The position numbers and the translations under genes were made by a program. Under the pieces are notes generated by a model that had not been told where the DNA came from, searched no databases, and saw only the letters and a program-made list of their open reading frames with translations. This document shows, piece after piece, positions 19,421-28,850 of a stretch of DNA of 64,000 nt (positions are counted from its first letter, which is position 1; each line of letters begins with the position of its first letter). This stretch comes from a virus (Duplodnaviria; Caudoviricetes): the IMG/VR virus record IMGVR_UViG_3300029913_000001; one strand, written 5' to 3'.

Positions 19421-19857
19421 TTAATAATTTCCTCTTTACTCTTAATCTTAAGAATCAAATCAATATCGCTTGTTTTACTCATTGGTAATAATTCTAGCAA
19501 TAACTTTTTCAATGGATTAATTGAATCCCGCTTGTTTGCGCCAAGCCAATAATGTTTCTGCTTACCCAATCCTGGAGATATCGCGCATAAACTCAACCAA
19601 CCAATTTTCTTATCTTTACTTAAATCCCAAAAATTCTGATTTGAAAATGTGTTCGCCGCCATGACATAATATTTTGATAATTCATCCCCGCCTTGAACTG
19701 ACGCAGCCCAACGTAGCAGAATATACGGTGAAAAGATTTTCTTTTCCTCGTCAGTTAATCGATCATAAAAAGTGTAATCCTTTTTATCTAAAGCCGACAT
19801 TTCGTTCCAAATTGCAAGTGGAGAATTGGAATCTTGTTTGCCTTTTTCTTTTGCCAT
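19366..19857 (-). CDS. 62: clamp-loader small subunit (T4 gp62-like)
   Basis: FSPYILLRWAAS motif, size, replication context. Confidence 0.65.
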   Translation of the reverse strand: MAKEKGKQDSNSPLAIWNEMSALDKKDYTFYDRLTDEEKKIFSPYILLRWAASVQGGDELSKYYVMAANTFSNQNFWDLSKDKKIGWLSLCAISPGLGKQKHYWLGANKRDSINPLKKLLLELLPMSKTSDIDLILKIKSKEEIIKWLDEEQGIQPETLKKLR

Positions 19858-19863
19858 ATACTA

Positions 19864-19902
19864 ATTATAACTAATTCCTTTTTCTACGTCAAGAGATAAA
19901 TA
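19864..19902. promoter_or_regulatory. back-to-back promoters: sigma70-type on minus (TTGACG-17-TATAAT) and late-type ATAAATA on plus
   Basis: -10 at 19864-19869, -35 at 19887-19892; ATAAATA 19896-19902. Confidence 0.75.
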
Positions 19903-19909
19903 TTGTATA

Positions 19910-20527
19910 ATGAAAATTACCGAATTATATCGACCAAAACTCGGAAAAAATTTAGAAGCCCCGGCATTTGATTATTTTAAAAAGAGCCACAAAACATCAG
20001 ACTATGACTATGAGAAGCGACAAGACCTTCAACAAGAGTTGAGAGATAAATTAAAATCCCTCGGGTGGAAACATTTAAATTCCGGAGTCTATAGTTCAGT
20101 GTTTTCAAATCCAACAAAATCTTTTGTACTTAAAATTAATAAGCGCCCAGATCCCGGCTATCAACGATACGTTAATATTGTTAAATCTCATCGAAATAAA
20201 CATTTTCCAATTATAAGCGATATTAAAAAGATGGAAATAGCCGGTAATATCTATTATGTTTATTTAATTGAAAAATTAATATCCATTCCAGCTAAAATGG
20301 CATTTAATTATGAACGCTGGTTCGACTCTATTATAACAAAACCCGGTATTCCATTGGAAAAATTATTTTGGAATAATGTTCCAATTATATTTAAAAAACA
20401 ACCAGGATTATTGAAAGCACTTCAAATAGTAGAACAATCGGCTATCTCGGAAAGCATTGACCTACACAGTAAAAACATGATGAAAAGGGCCGATGGCACT
20501 ATTATTATTACTGATCCATATGTTTAG
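19910..20527 (+). CDS. tagged protein-kinase-like (PKL fold) enzyme
   Basis: MKITEL tag; LNSGVYSSVF, VLK, IEKL, DLHSKNMM, ITDP. Confidence 0.75.
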   Translation: MKITELYRPKLGKNLEAPAFDYFKKSHKTSDYDYEKRQDLQQELRDKLKSLGWKHLNSGVYSSVFSNPTKSFVLKINKRPDPGYQRYVNIVKSHRNKHFPIISDIKKMEIAGNIYYVYLIEKLISIPAKMAFNYERWFDSIITKPGIPLEKLFWNNVPIIFKKQPGLLKALQIVEQSAISESIDLHSKNMMKRADGTIIITDPYV

Positions 20528-21048
20528 ATTGCATTTCCAATATTAATTATTTCTAAAGACTTCGGAATGTCCCGTACTAGATAAATACACGGCGGTCGAT
20601 AACCGCCACACAACGGAATACAGAGTAACTGGCCCGGAACGGTCTTAGGCACAAACCACTTTGTTGTCTGATAAACATCTTCAACATCCACAGACAAATA
20701 ATCCGCAGTAAATGAACTCATTGGATTTAAAGAAAATGCGCTAAATCCCCTGCCACTTATACTGGTAACCGGATTAATTTCTAAATCGCCGTGAGTAGAT
20801 TCCCCAATCAAAATCTGATGATCTGCAGGAACATTAAGAAAATATGTTTCCTTCTTTCGGCCCAACGATAAATCAAAGCGTAATTTAAGAGTTGCCGCAT
20901 AGAATGACTCTAACATAATTAATGGTTGACAATAATAATCCGCTTCTTCTTTCTTAACCGAATTTTGATAAACCCAAAAGTGAATATCAGCTTGCTCTGG
21001 AATAAGATTTAAATCTACAGCAATATTATTTTCGTCTAAAATATACAA
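20524..21048 (-). CDS. conserved hypothetical protein
   Basis: 174-aa ORF, GGAG RBS, TTG start. Confidence 0.75.
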   Translation of the reverse strand: MYILDENNIAVDLNLIPEQADIHFWVYQNSVKKEEADYYCQPLIMLESFYAATLKLRFDLSLGRKKETYFLNVPADHQILIGESTHGDLEINPVTSISGRGFSAFSLNPMSSFTADYLSVDVEDVYQTTKWFVPKTVPGQLLCIPLCGGYRPPCIYLVRDIPKSLEIINIGNAI

Positions 21049-21088
21049 AATTGTTCTCCTGTGTGAACCTGTTATAAATAATTATATC

Positions 21089-21709
21089 ATGCTTATTACT
21101 GAATTCGCGCCAAATAAATTACGCCCCGCTATTGTCGCTCCAACCTACGATTATTTTACTTCGATTCCGCGGTGGAATGATGTAGATTATAATACCAAAA
21201 AAGCGGACGCCAACAAAAAGTTACGAGACTCATTGAAAAGAAATGGCTGGACATATCTCGACGAAGGCTATTATAGTATGGTTTTTGCCAATCCTAAAAA
21301 GTCATTTGTTCTAAAAATTAACAGCAAACCCGATACCGGGTATGAAAGATATGTTTCTGTTATTAAAAAACATAAAAATAAGCATTTTCCAATAATTAGC
21401 GATATGAAAATTGTGAAGATTGACGATCAAAATTATTACATTTATCTCATTGAAAAATTAACTAAACTACCAGCTCTTCAGGCTTTGAGCAATTCAGATT
21501 TTTTCGCTATAATAATACGGCGGGCATATAGCTCATTAGACGTTATATTTAACCACGATATACCTACAATTTTTAAAACCGATCCATCTTTAGTTAGAGC
21601 CCTACGTATTGTAGGTCAGTGTGCAGATGATTGCGGCCTTGATATGCACAGCGGAAATATCATGCAACGAACAAATGGGACTATTGTTATTACCGATCCA
21701 TATTCTTAA
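21089..21709 (+). CDS. tagged protein-kinase-like enzyme, paralog of 19910-20527
   Basis: MLITEF tag; LDEGYYSMVF, VLK, IEKL, DMHSGNIM, ITDP; TATAAATA at 21073-21080. Confidence 0.75.
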   Translation: MLITEFAPNKLRPAIVAPTYDYFTSIPRWNDVDYNTKKADANKKLRDSLKRNGWTYLDEGYYSMVFANPKKSFVLKINSKPDTGYERYVSVIKKHKNKHFPIISDMKIVKIDDQNYYIYLIEKLTKLPALQALSNSDFFAIIIRRAYSSLDVIFNHDIPTIFKTDPSLVRALRIVGQCADDCGLDMHSGNIMQRTNGTIVITDPYS

Positions 21710-21710
21710 A

Positions 21711-23141
21711 TTATTTTTGCCACTCAATCTTCTCAATCTTAAAGGGAAATAACTGTTCCTTATAATATTTTTTCCGAGAGGTAAGGTGATTTTTTGAAAA
21801 TTTGCATGTACTAGTAATATCCCATATCTGCGCAAAATTTTTATCTTTTGCGATACGTATCGCCCGGCCAACGCTCTGAATTGTACGAACGAAACTCTTT
21901 CCCACCTCAATTAAAAATAAATGATTAATTCTAGGAATATCTAGGCCGACCGCAGCAATTCCTGATGTAGCAATAATAACTTTATCATCAGAAGTAGCCA
22001 CTAAATCATATTGCTCTTTACGCAATGTTGAATTTGAAGCACCTGATAAGAAAATTGACCCAGGTATTAATTCTTCTAACAATACTCCTGATTTCTTTCT
22101 ACCAACCAATACAAGAACATTGCCGGTTTTCGCCGCATCTGTAATTAACGTAGAGATGAACTCAATTCTATCCGGATCGGTGACTAGATAAGTTAACTCG
22201 GCAGGATAATCATTAAATGACATTGTATCAATTAATTGTAATATCTTCACATCACATTTGCTGATTAATCCCTTATCCTGTAGTGTGGCGGTAGTTAACC
22301 GATGCAAAACTTCTCCCATTGAAATAGTAAGATTTACTAAATCAAAATCTTCCTTTGGTATAGTTCCTGTAAATGCCCATCGAATTGGAATTTTATTTAA
22401 TACTGTATCGCAAAGTATCGATTTAAGAATATTTCCTTTCAGGCCGTGACATTCATCCACAATTACTGCAACAACGCCTTGTACAAATTTTTCAAATGTA
22501 ATCGGCTCTGGTAATCCAATATCGATCGGAGAATCTTTTAATCTTGACAAACTTTGCCAGGTGCAAATCGTATGAGTCTTAAAAAAATCTTTTCGATCGC
22601 CATAATAAACACCCACGTCCATGCCAAGGTCGATATAATATTTTTCTGTCTGTGTAATCAGATCTTTATTAGGAACAATGACAATACTTCGACCATATTT
22701 TTCAACTTTTTTAGACAAAACCGCCGTCAAAAGACTATTATGATGGATGATTCCTATATGATCCACATAGACATGCGGAGATGGCAAGGTTACGTCATAA
22801 AAATCTTGCTCCGGAACCGACTCAATTTTGTCAATACGTAAAATTCCAGTTCTAGTTCGAATAATATCTCCCGCCACTAATGCGCTCGCATGTATCGGTA
22901 AATAAAATTTATTATACAAAATATGTTTATCTGCACATATTAAGTGCGATTTATCAAACGTTAATTTAACTCCCTCGCTTTGCTTTTTAATAATATATTG
23001 AATTGGAACATATTCATCGGATGGGCTTTTAATTCTGACCGTTAATTCATCCACCGATAACTCTTCATTATAAATTAATGAAGAATTTTTATACGATTGC
23101 ATTGCTGACAATAAGGTGCCAATTTTCATCGACAATTTCAT
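21711..23141 (-). CDS. uvsW: UvsW helicase C-terminal part fused to split-intein C-fragment (135 aa, ends HHN|S)
   Basis: intein FYDVTL..HHN|S; SF2 motifs VIVP, IVDECH, FTGT, ATSGIAAVGLDIP, QSVGRAIR. Confidence 0.9.
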   Translation of the reverse strand: MKLSMKIGTLLSAMQSYKNSSLIYNEELSVDELTVRIKSPSDEYVPIQYIIKKQSEGVKLTFDKSHLICADKHILYNKFYLPIHASALVAGDIIRTRTGILRIDKIESVPEQDFYDVTLPSPHVYVDHIGIIHHNSLLTAVLSKKVEKYGRSIVIVPNKDLITQTEKYYIDLGMDVGVYYGDRKDFFKTHTICTWQSLSRLKDSPIDIGLPEPITFEKFVQGVVAVIVDECHGLKGNILKSILCDTVLNKIPIRWAFTGTIPKEDFDLVNLTISMGEVLHRLTTATLQDKGLISKCDVKILQLIDTMSFNDYPAELTYLVTDPDRIEFISTLITDAAKTGNVLVLVGRKKSGVLLEELIPGSIFLSGASNSTLRKEQYDLVATSDDKVIIATSGIAAVGLDIPRINHLFLIEVGKSFVRTIQSVGRAIRIAKDKNFAQIWDITSTCKFSKNHLTSRKKYYKEQLFPFKIEKIEWQK

Positions 23142-23482
23142 ATAACTCCTGTAATTGTTCTACTGTATAATCTGATCGTGGTCCTTTTGAATGATTTTCT
23201 TTAGCTGAAATTACTCTTAAATTTATATATGACCCTATTATTTCGGGTGGGATCGAAAACATAAATCCGTGATGTCTTGAAAATATATGATCTACATGAT
23301 TATCGTTGTATGATATTTTTAAATTCTCGGGATTCACGGTATCATAAAAATAAGTTAATGATTGTGCGGTAAACCTTACTTCCTAAATAATCTACTAGAT
23401 CCCAGCAATCAATATTATTTCTTCGACAAATATTCAGCCAAATTTTCTCACTATATTTTTTAATTAATTCGCTAATTTCCAT
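23089..23482 (-). pseudogene. decayed HNH-type homing endonuclease between the UvsW halves
   Basis: AGGAG RBS and ATG at 23482, early stops/frameshifts, intact 3' part HVDHIFS..IPPEIIG..NLRVISAKENHSK. Confidence 0.7.
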
Positions 23483-23512
23483 ATCTTCCTGCTCCTGTTG
23501 GTAATAATGCTA

Positions 23513-24058
23513 TTAAGCAGGATTAATAAAATTTAATAAATATTTGCCAAAATCAGAATTTTCATCAATTTCAATATCGAGCAGGGTATCAAAATCTAAA
23601 CATTTCCCGGAACTCGTTGGTAATTGGGAAATTCCTTGTAAATTTTGTAAGAAAATATTAATTGCGGTAGTCTGATGATCTCTTAAAATGACCGTCTCGC
23701 CTGCCATTTGATGCTCTTTCGGCCATACTTGTCCAGCGAAAAAATTATTATCAATAGGATCAAATTGAAAATCACGATTATATGTTCGTTTATCTTCAAT
23801 TTCAACATCATATCCTTTATATATCAGATATTCAAGTTGCTTCGGTAGCAAATTAACAAACGTTTTCCCGCCCATAGTAAAAAAGGCTTGCTTACCATCA
23901 AAGCGTCCCATTCGTACGGCAGGAATCCAACGATTTGCTGGATTAAAAATCTTGCTTTTTTCGTATAAATATTTTCTAATTTCTGGAGGCAATCCAATAA
24001 AGGTGCATTCCACCTCATTATGAATTTGCAAAATGCAATGTTTATTTTCTGCTGTCAT
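23513..24058 (-). CDS. uvsW: UvsW helicase N-terminal part fused to short split-intein N-fragment (29 aa)
   Basis: LRDHQ Q-motif, Walker A PTSSGK|CLDFDT; start MTAENK 7 nt after TATAAT. Confidence 0.88.
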   Translation of the reverse strand: MTAENKHCILQIHNEVECTFIGLPPEIRKYLYEKSKIFNPANRWIPAVRMGRFDGKQAFFTMGGKTFVNLLPKQLEYLIYKGYDVEIEDKRTYNRDFQFDPIDNNFFAGQVWPKEHQMAGETVILRDHQTTAINIFLQNLQGISQLPTSSGKCLDFDTLLDIEIDENSDFGKYLLNFINPA

Positions 24059-24065
24059 GTTATTA

Positions 24066-24094
24066 ATTATAACATTCATGTACTACTATGTCAA
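24066..24094 (-). promoter_or_regulatory. perfect-consensus promoter TTGACA-17-TATAAT
   Basis: -35 24089-24094, -10 24066-24071. Confidence 0.88.
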
Positions 24095-24139
24095 GACGTT
24101 ATACATAGAGGTGGGCGGCTCACAAAATATTAAGAAAGT

Positions 24140-24171
24140 AAAATGCCAGTGATTAACTCACTGGCATTTTT
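24140..24171. terminator. intrinsic terminator
   Basis: AAAATGCCAGTGA-ttaac-TCACTGGCATTTT. Confidence 0.85.
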
Positions 24172-24173
24172 AA

Positions 24174-24965
24174 TTAGAATAAAATTAAAGAAGTACCGCA
24201 TTCGGAACAAAATTTATTTGTTGCTCTATTTAATTTACCGCAAGTAATACAAGTAGGTTTAACATCAACGGTAATAGGGTTAACAACTTCTTGATTTGAA
24301 ATTTTTCCAACTAATTGAAAAACAAATACGACCGATTCCTGTTCCGTTTCGAACCAAGCACCTTCAACAAATTTCTGATCGCTCTTACTACCGGGCACGG
24401 TTATTCCTTGTGCAGTAATAGTGCTAGCCGAAGATGAAAAATTTTGTGTGGAAAGAGTGGTAGATTGCTCATCCGCACATTTTGCATAAACATAATCCGC
24501 TTGGGGAATTACTGACCGGCACATTGTATATCTACCCCAATGTGGATAGTTAGGATAATCTGTATTTTTAGTGGACCAAATATCTGAGTTCCACTGCGGA
24601 ATTGGCTTAATTTTTTCTGTCCAAAATTCAATTCGAATCAGGCCATCAGAAGCACCGATACCTCGATTTTTCTCGATAGTCTCTGTTCTTTCAATAAATT
24701 TAAATTTATTGCCAGCATCGAAATTTCGATTTCGAATAGTTCGTTCAAAATCTAATTCAGAATTTGGTTGAAGGATTAATTTTTCCCCACCGGTAGCTGA
24801 TTCACCATCGATTGTTACTTCAACAAGTGCTCGCACAGATTTCAAGTTCTTAAGCAAAATTGTATATTCTGCTCCGAACGGGAGAGCTACGGTTGAATTG
24901 TTTTCTCTTAGAATTTTTCCATGAACTTTAATTGCAGATACAAATTGATTACTATAAGACATCAT
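24174..24965 (-). CDS. conserved hypothetical protein with C-terminal zinc ribbon
   Basis: LPFGAEYTILLKN, FKFIERT; CITCG..FCSECG. Confidence 0.8.
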   Translation of the reverse strand: MMSYSNQFVSAIKVHGKILRENNSTVALPFGAEYTILLKNLKSVRALVEVTIDGESATGGEKLILQPNSELDFERTIRNRNFDAGNKFKFIERTETIEKNRGIGASDGLIRIEFWTEKIKPIPQWNSDIWSTKNTDYPNYPHWGRYTMCRSVIPQADYVYAKCADEQSTTLSTQNFSSSASTITAQGITVPGSKSDQKFVEGAWFETEQESVVFVFQLVGKISNQEVVNPITVDVKPTCITCGKLNRATNKFCSECGTSLILF

Positions 24966-25049
24966 ACCGCTCCTTTAGCATTCCGAATAAAATGCTTATA
25001 CAAACTTTAATTCGATTTTTATTTTGACACACTCTATTTAGCTTTTAGT

Positions 25050-25337
25050 TTACTCCGACAGTCTAAAAATTAAAACGTCATTATTTAAAATATCAATATC
25101 AGTTGAAATTTTCCGATAATTAATATTCCGATCTTTTTTGCTCATATTGCAGCATGTTCGAAAAAACTTATCGGCACTTTTTTTGTGTGTCATAAATCTT
25201 TCAAAAAGAATATGCTTCCTCCACAGAGAAATTTTCACGCCGGTTTCCCAATAATAGGTGGGGCAAATTAGCCGAATGCTTTTTTCTAGGTCATTAACTT
25301 TACTACGCAATTCCTGGAGGTGTTCTTTTTTTACCAT
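25050..25337 (-). CDS. small early protein, C-terminal VLIFRLSE
   Basis: ORF; shared tail motif. Confidence 0.7.
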   Translation of the reverse strand: MVKKEHLQELRSKVNDLEKSIRLICPTYYWETGVKISLWRKHILFERFMTHKKSADKFFRTCCNMSKKDRNINYRKISTDIDILNNDVLIFRLSE

Positions 25338-25558
25338 TGCATCCTTTCAATTAATATTTTGCTATACAGGTCGGCAATAATTGAATTAATATATTCGATA
25401 TCGTATGGGCTGATAAGATTGAACAATCTGCATTTCGAAATTACGCATGTAATTTTATATAAATCGGTATTAATAAATAGCACGCCATCCGCAATTTCGA
25501 GTAAATTATGTAAGATTGCCGGCCAGTCTGATAAGTTGGTAATTGTATAATTTGTCAT
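25331..25558 (-). CDS. small early protein
   Basis: ORF overlapping neighbours, tail ILIERMQW. Confidence 0.6.
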   Translation of the reverse strand: MTNYTITNLSDWPAILHNLLEIADGVLFINTDLYKITCVISKCRLFNLISPYDIEYINSIIADLYSKILIERMQW

Positions 25559-25635
25559 GTTGATAATTTTGCAACGAGAAATTCAGAAAGTTCGATAATC
25601 ATAACTTCCTTTGCAATTCGAATAAGTAGCAGCAT
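25555..25635 (-). CDS. 26-aa peptide MLLLIRIAKEVMIIELSEFLVAKLST
   Basis: AAGGA RBS, ATGA overlap with next gene, shared KLSx tail. Confidence 0.45.
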   Translation of the reverse strand: MLLLIRIAKEVMIIELSEFLVAKLST

Positions 25636-25645
25636 CGCTATATCC

Positions 25646-26503
25646 TTATTCTGTAAATCCGGCAATAGTCTTCAGCCGAATTCGATCGCCCAATGAACGA
25701 TTATCGAATTGCTTTACAGAAGTACGAGGGGGTGAGCCAAACATTCCATTGTCAACGCAAATACAATCACCGATGTTATCCTTCAACGCTTGCACGGCTT
25801 CTTCCTTGGTCCATAAATACAAATCGTTAACCGGATTTCTTACTTCTCGTGCCAGCCCCAATGAATTAAGGAAGGAGGCATGTTCTTCATCATTCTTCCA
25901 ATCAATATTTTCACCATGCCGATACTTCCAGACATTTCCGCGCCGAACAAGAGTTAGTTGCAATTCTTCTGCATGATTAATTCCCGAAGTCCAACTATTT
26001 GGCTCGTTTGTGAGACTATACGTAGGCATGGGTGTTACCCCGTCTGCGCAAAATTGACCGATATAATCGTAATGAACCTGGGCAATAATAGCTTCATTGT
26101 TGGGATAGTCAACTGATGCAATAATATCCGGGGAAGTTACAAAATCTCCCTCAATGAAAGCGGTCATGGGAAGATCGCTTAATCGCTTCTTAACATATTG
26201 CAGCCGACCTTTAGTATCACGCATGGATTTGTCGCGACGTTTGGCTTCGGCGGCATCGAGCATTTCAGCTCTTCCGGTATATTCGCAAATTTCCTCACAA
26301 TTTTTTCGAAAATATGCCCACGATGTATTTTCATACATTCCAGGCTCAACGCCATAAAAGTTTGCCCAGCCGTAAGCAATTTCAGAAAATCTGAGAAATG
26401 TAGCGATGGTGCCATCAGGATAGGGATTATATCCCCATTCACGATTTTCCTGCGGCACGTTAAGAACAACCATATCTCCGACTTGTAAAATTTCGCCTAG
26501 CAT
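25646..26503 (-). CDS. hypothetical protein
   Basis: 285-aa ORF. Confidence 0.8.
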   Translation of the reverse strand: MLGEILQVGDMVVLNVPQENREWGYNPYPDGTIATFLRFSEIAYGWANFYGVEPGMYENTSWAYFRKNCEEICEYTGRAEMLDAAEAKRRDKSMRDTKGRLQYVKKRLSDLPMTAFIEGDFVTSPDIIASVDYPNNEAIIAQVHYDYIGQFCADGVTPMPTYSLTNEPNSWTSGINHAEELQLTLVRRGNVWKYRHGENIDWKNDEEHASFLNSLGLAREVRNPVNDLYLWTKEEAVQALKDNIGDCICVDNGMFGSPPRTSVKQFDNRSLGDRIRLKTIAGFTE

Positions 26504-26775
26504 TCTATTTCCTTTTCAATTCGAATATGTAAAATATTAGCGTCCGATACATCGGTATGCACTATCGCATATAACCCGCAATGAGAAAAAACTCGTACAA
26601 ATCCAAACAACGCTTTTCTTTTAGATATCCGCTTCCAGTATCGTTCTTGAAAAACAAAACCATTAGCAACCCAGTCTACGTGACCGCCCATTAGCTCGCA
26701 AGCTAGTCGATTAACCTCATCTGGTTCACTCCTACAGGTATCGACAATAATTCTCTTAATTTCGTTCGAAGTCAT
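26497..26775 (-). CDS. hypothetical protein
   Basis: TAATG-coupled start MTSNE. Confidence 0.65.
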   Translation of the reverse strand: MTSNEIKRIIVDTCRSEPDEVNRLACELMGGHVDWVANGFVFQERYWKRISKRKALFGFVRVFSHCGLYAIVHTDVSDANILHIRIEKEIEC

Positions 26776-27041
26776 TACTTCATCCCCATTGCTAGAAAAA
26801 CTTTGAGAGAACGACGATATGCCTTTTCGTATTTCGCCTGCCAAATCGATTTATCCCAATGATACACTTCTCCTGAATAAAGGTGGTCAAAAATGTTAGC
26901 AACAAACGCCGCATATTCGGTTGCCGCCTTTTTTGCGGATACGTATGGGCCAATCGTACACAAATGCCCCGGTTCGTTAGTTCGATAATGATAAGATCGC
27001 AAAGCAAATCTTACAGAAAGTGCAGAATGCATTTTTGCCAT
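26775..27041 (-). CDS. hypothetical protein
   Basis: TAATG-coupled on both sides. Confidence 0.65.
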   Translation of the reverse strand: MAKMHSALSVRFALRSYHYRTNEPGHLCTIGPYVSAKKAATEYAAFVANIFDHLYSGEVYHWDKSIWQAKYEKAYRRSLKVFLAMGMK

Positions 27042-27454
27042 TACTTCACCAGTCCATTCCGAACCTGTTCAGCGGTGAACTTAAAACGGCGGCCAGTAGA
27101 ACTAACGGCACTAACAGGATACTTACGCCGAGAAGATTTCAATCCAGCAATAGTAAACATCTTGCCCAGCGACATAAACGTCTTTCCCAACCCATCCTTT
27201 GGCAAGTTGAACATATATGCGAGCGACTGATATTCACGCGCTTCCGGTGAATCTACAACCGAGGAGGACCCGGCAGTTACGATAGTAGCAATCGATTTCG
27301 GATGAACGATCAACTTTGCAAAACGTGCTTCGGTTAACGTGAACCGACAATTGCCCAACGAAATATTAACCCCGTGCTTTGCGGCAACAGCAACAAGGGC
27401 AGCATCAATATCACGCCGAAGAGTTTGCACATCGTACCTTGAAAAAGAGTTCAT
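27041..27454 (-). CDS. conserved early phage protein
   Basis: start MNSFSRY; GKTF..FTIAGL..RRKYPV motif. Confidence 0.75.
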   Translation of the reverse strand: MNSFSRYDVQTLRRDIDAALVAVAAKHGVNISLGNCRFTLTEARFAKLIVHPKSIATIVTAGSSSVVDSPEAREYQSLAYMFNLPKDGLGKTFMSLGKMFTIAGLKSSRRKYPVSAVSSTGRRFKFTAEQVRNGLVK

Positions 27455-27511
27455 TTTGAAACCTTTCTGCTGCTTCTGCAGCAATTACCGTGTTACCCAA
27501 TCAACATAATC

Positions 27512-27540
27512 AGTATAGCAAACTACCGATTAAATGTCAA
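27512..27540 (-). promoter_or_regulatory. sigma70-type promoter TTGACA-17-TATACT
   Basis: near-consensus, extended -10. Confidence 0.85.
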
Positions 27541-27731
27541 GCTCGATCAGTGCAATATGACCAGGATTTTCGATTTGTTGAATATCTTGCTCGGCCAATT
27601 CTCATTTCGTGCTCTAATCTCAACATTGCAAGTTCGGAGCCAAAAGCATACACCACGCCCCCGATAATATTGACTTCGATCGGCTCTTTTGCAAGTGGTT
27701 CCCAGGAGTCTTTTACTTTGGCAAGCGTCAT
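27537..27731 (-). CDS. small early protein (MTLAKVKDSW...)
   Basis: GGAG RBS and promoter copy upstream. Confidence 0.75.
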   Translation of the reverse strand: MTLAKVKDSWEPLAKEPIEVNIIGGVVYAFGSELAMLRLEHEMRIGRARYSTNRKSWSYCTDRA

Positions 27732-27753
27732 ATCTGATCTCCTCACTGAAATA

Positions 27754-27782
27754 ATTATAGCAAATACCGGTACCGAATGCAA
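27754..27782 (-). promoter_or_regulatory. repeated early promoter copy TTGCAT-17-TATAAT
   Basis: near-identical to 27-55. Confidence 0.85.
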
Positions 27783-27791
27783 CCGAAAAGT

Positions 27792-27989
27792 TTACCAGGC
27801 CATATACGCCCTGGCTTCTTCATCAGTAATAATCATATCGCAATCCACATCCATATATGCGTGGTTTCCTGTTCTGGGCTGGTACATATATTGCAATCGT
27901 TTTCCAGAGCGTGAAATGAATGGGGTTTCGGTACCACCGCAAGCAGGATACCAATTGCCTTGTTCCGGAGACTTCATATCAATGACCAT
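27792..27989 (-). CDS. small early protein (..WYPACGGTETPF..), leaderless
   Basis: ATG 6 nt after TATACT. Confidence 0.7.
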   Translation of the reverse strand: MVIDMKSPEQGNWYPACGGTETPFISRSGKRLQYMYQPRTGNHAYMDVDCDMIITDEEARAYMAW

Positions 27990-27995
27990 ATAAAA

Positions 27996-28024
27996 AGTAT
28001 AGCGCACTTCGATACCGTTTGCAA
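27996..28024 (-). promoter_or_regulatory. promoter TTGCAA-17-TATACT with upstream CCTTTGTTTTCAA box
   Basis: box at 28050-28062. Confidence 0.7.
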
Positions 28025-28207
28025 CCGTTATTTTTCGGATTGCAGGTTGTTGAAAACAAAGGCCCGATTTCACGAATATGGCGCCGTATGGCCCTTTAAG
28101 GGGTCTGGGCATGGCTAGGTACTGCTAAAATAGCAGGGGCGCATTAGGGCGATTTAAGTCCTTTGTTTTCAAGGGCAAGATTTTTTGGTATTTTTCTTTG
28201 TTTTCGG

Positions 28208-28236
28208 TTGCATTTGGTACCGGTATTTGCTATAAT
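28208..28236 (+). promoter_or_regulatory. repeated early promoter copy TTGCAT-17-TATAAT
   Basis: shares ~190 bp of upstream architecture with 1-190 (inverted). Confidence 0.85.
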
Positions 28237-28264
28237 TATTTCAGTGAGAGGAAAGAAGGCGTAT

Positions 28265-28645
28265 ATGAGCAATTCGAGAATTGACCCAATGAGTCGTGAA
28301 ATTTTAACAAATCCCAATTTTGATTTTTCCCAGGTTACCTGGGAAAATATTGTTGAGATGACCTCTTTCTGGCGGTGCCGATTTGCGAAACCCTCTCGTG
28401 CTTGCAGAGCCTGGGTAGTTATGATACGGTCGAAATGTCCAACCTTATATAATCGGCTCGGTGGCGCCTTGCTAGACGGCATCACTATTCAACAACGAGA
28501 AGATTACAATAAATATTTTTCTCATCTATGGAGAAAGAAATTCTACTCAACGCATAGCAAGGACCAAGTACCCGTTCTCGAAGATTTCGATGAAGTCGAA
28601 GCCGAAAAGCAATATGGAATTTGGATAATTCAGGAGGTTAACTAA
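28265..28645 (+). CDS. hypothetical early protein
   Basis: start MSNSRID after promoter; track ORF start is too far upstream. Confidence 0.7.
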   Translation: MSNSRIDPMSREILTNPNFDFSQVTWENIVEMTSFWRCRFAKPSRACRAWVVMIRSKCPTLYNRLGGALLDGITIQQREDYNKYFSHLWRKKFYSTHSKDQVPVLEDFDEVEAEKQYGIWIIQEVN

Positions 28646-28837
28646 ATGAATAATGGAAAATGCGGCTATGTATGTTTTTATGGAAGCAAGCGAATTGAAA
28701 TCTATGCCAATTCAACGTACGAAGCGCAAAAACTTGCCGCCGAGCAATTGAAAGTAAAGCCCAAGTTCGCTTATAAGATCAGCGTTAATCTTTGCGAACG
28801 GGCCGATGGCAGTGAAGTAATTCATACCACTAGTTAA
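28646..28837 (+). CDS. small conserved phage protein
   Basis: GGAGG RBS; YVCFYG..IEIYA..YEAQ motif. Confidence 0.75.
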   Translation: MNNGKCGYVCFYGSKRIEIYANSTYEAQKLAAEQLKVKPKFAYKISVNLCERADGSEVIHTTS

Positions 28838-28850
28838 GAAAGGAATAGAA

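Noticed and set aside
23440-23482. MEISEL start of the HNH remnant (and MLISEF at 1162) as capsid tags
   Set aside because: No late promoter nearby and early/mobile context; probably chance matches, so not counted.
23089-23512. Group I intron explaining the UvsW (and TerL) interruptions
   Set aside because: Protein-level intein signatures (Cys1 after GK; His-Asn followed by Ser/Thr) explain both breaks; no intron core elements recognised.
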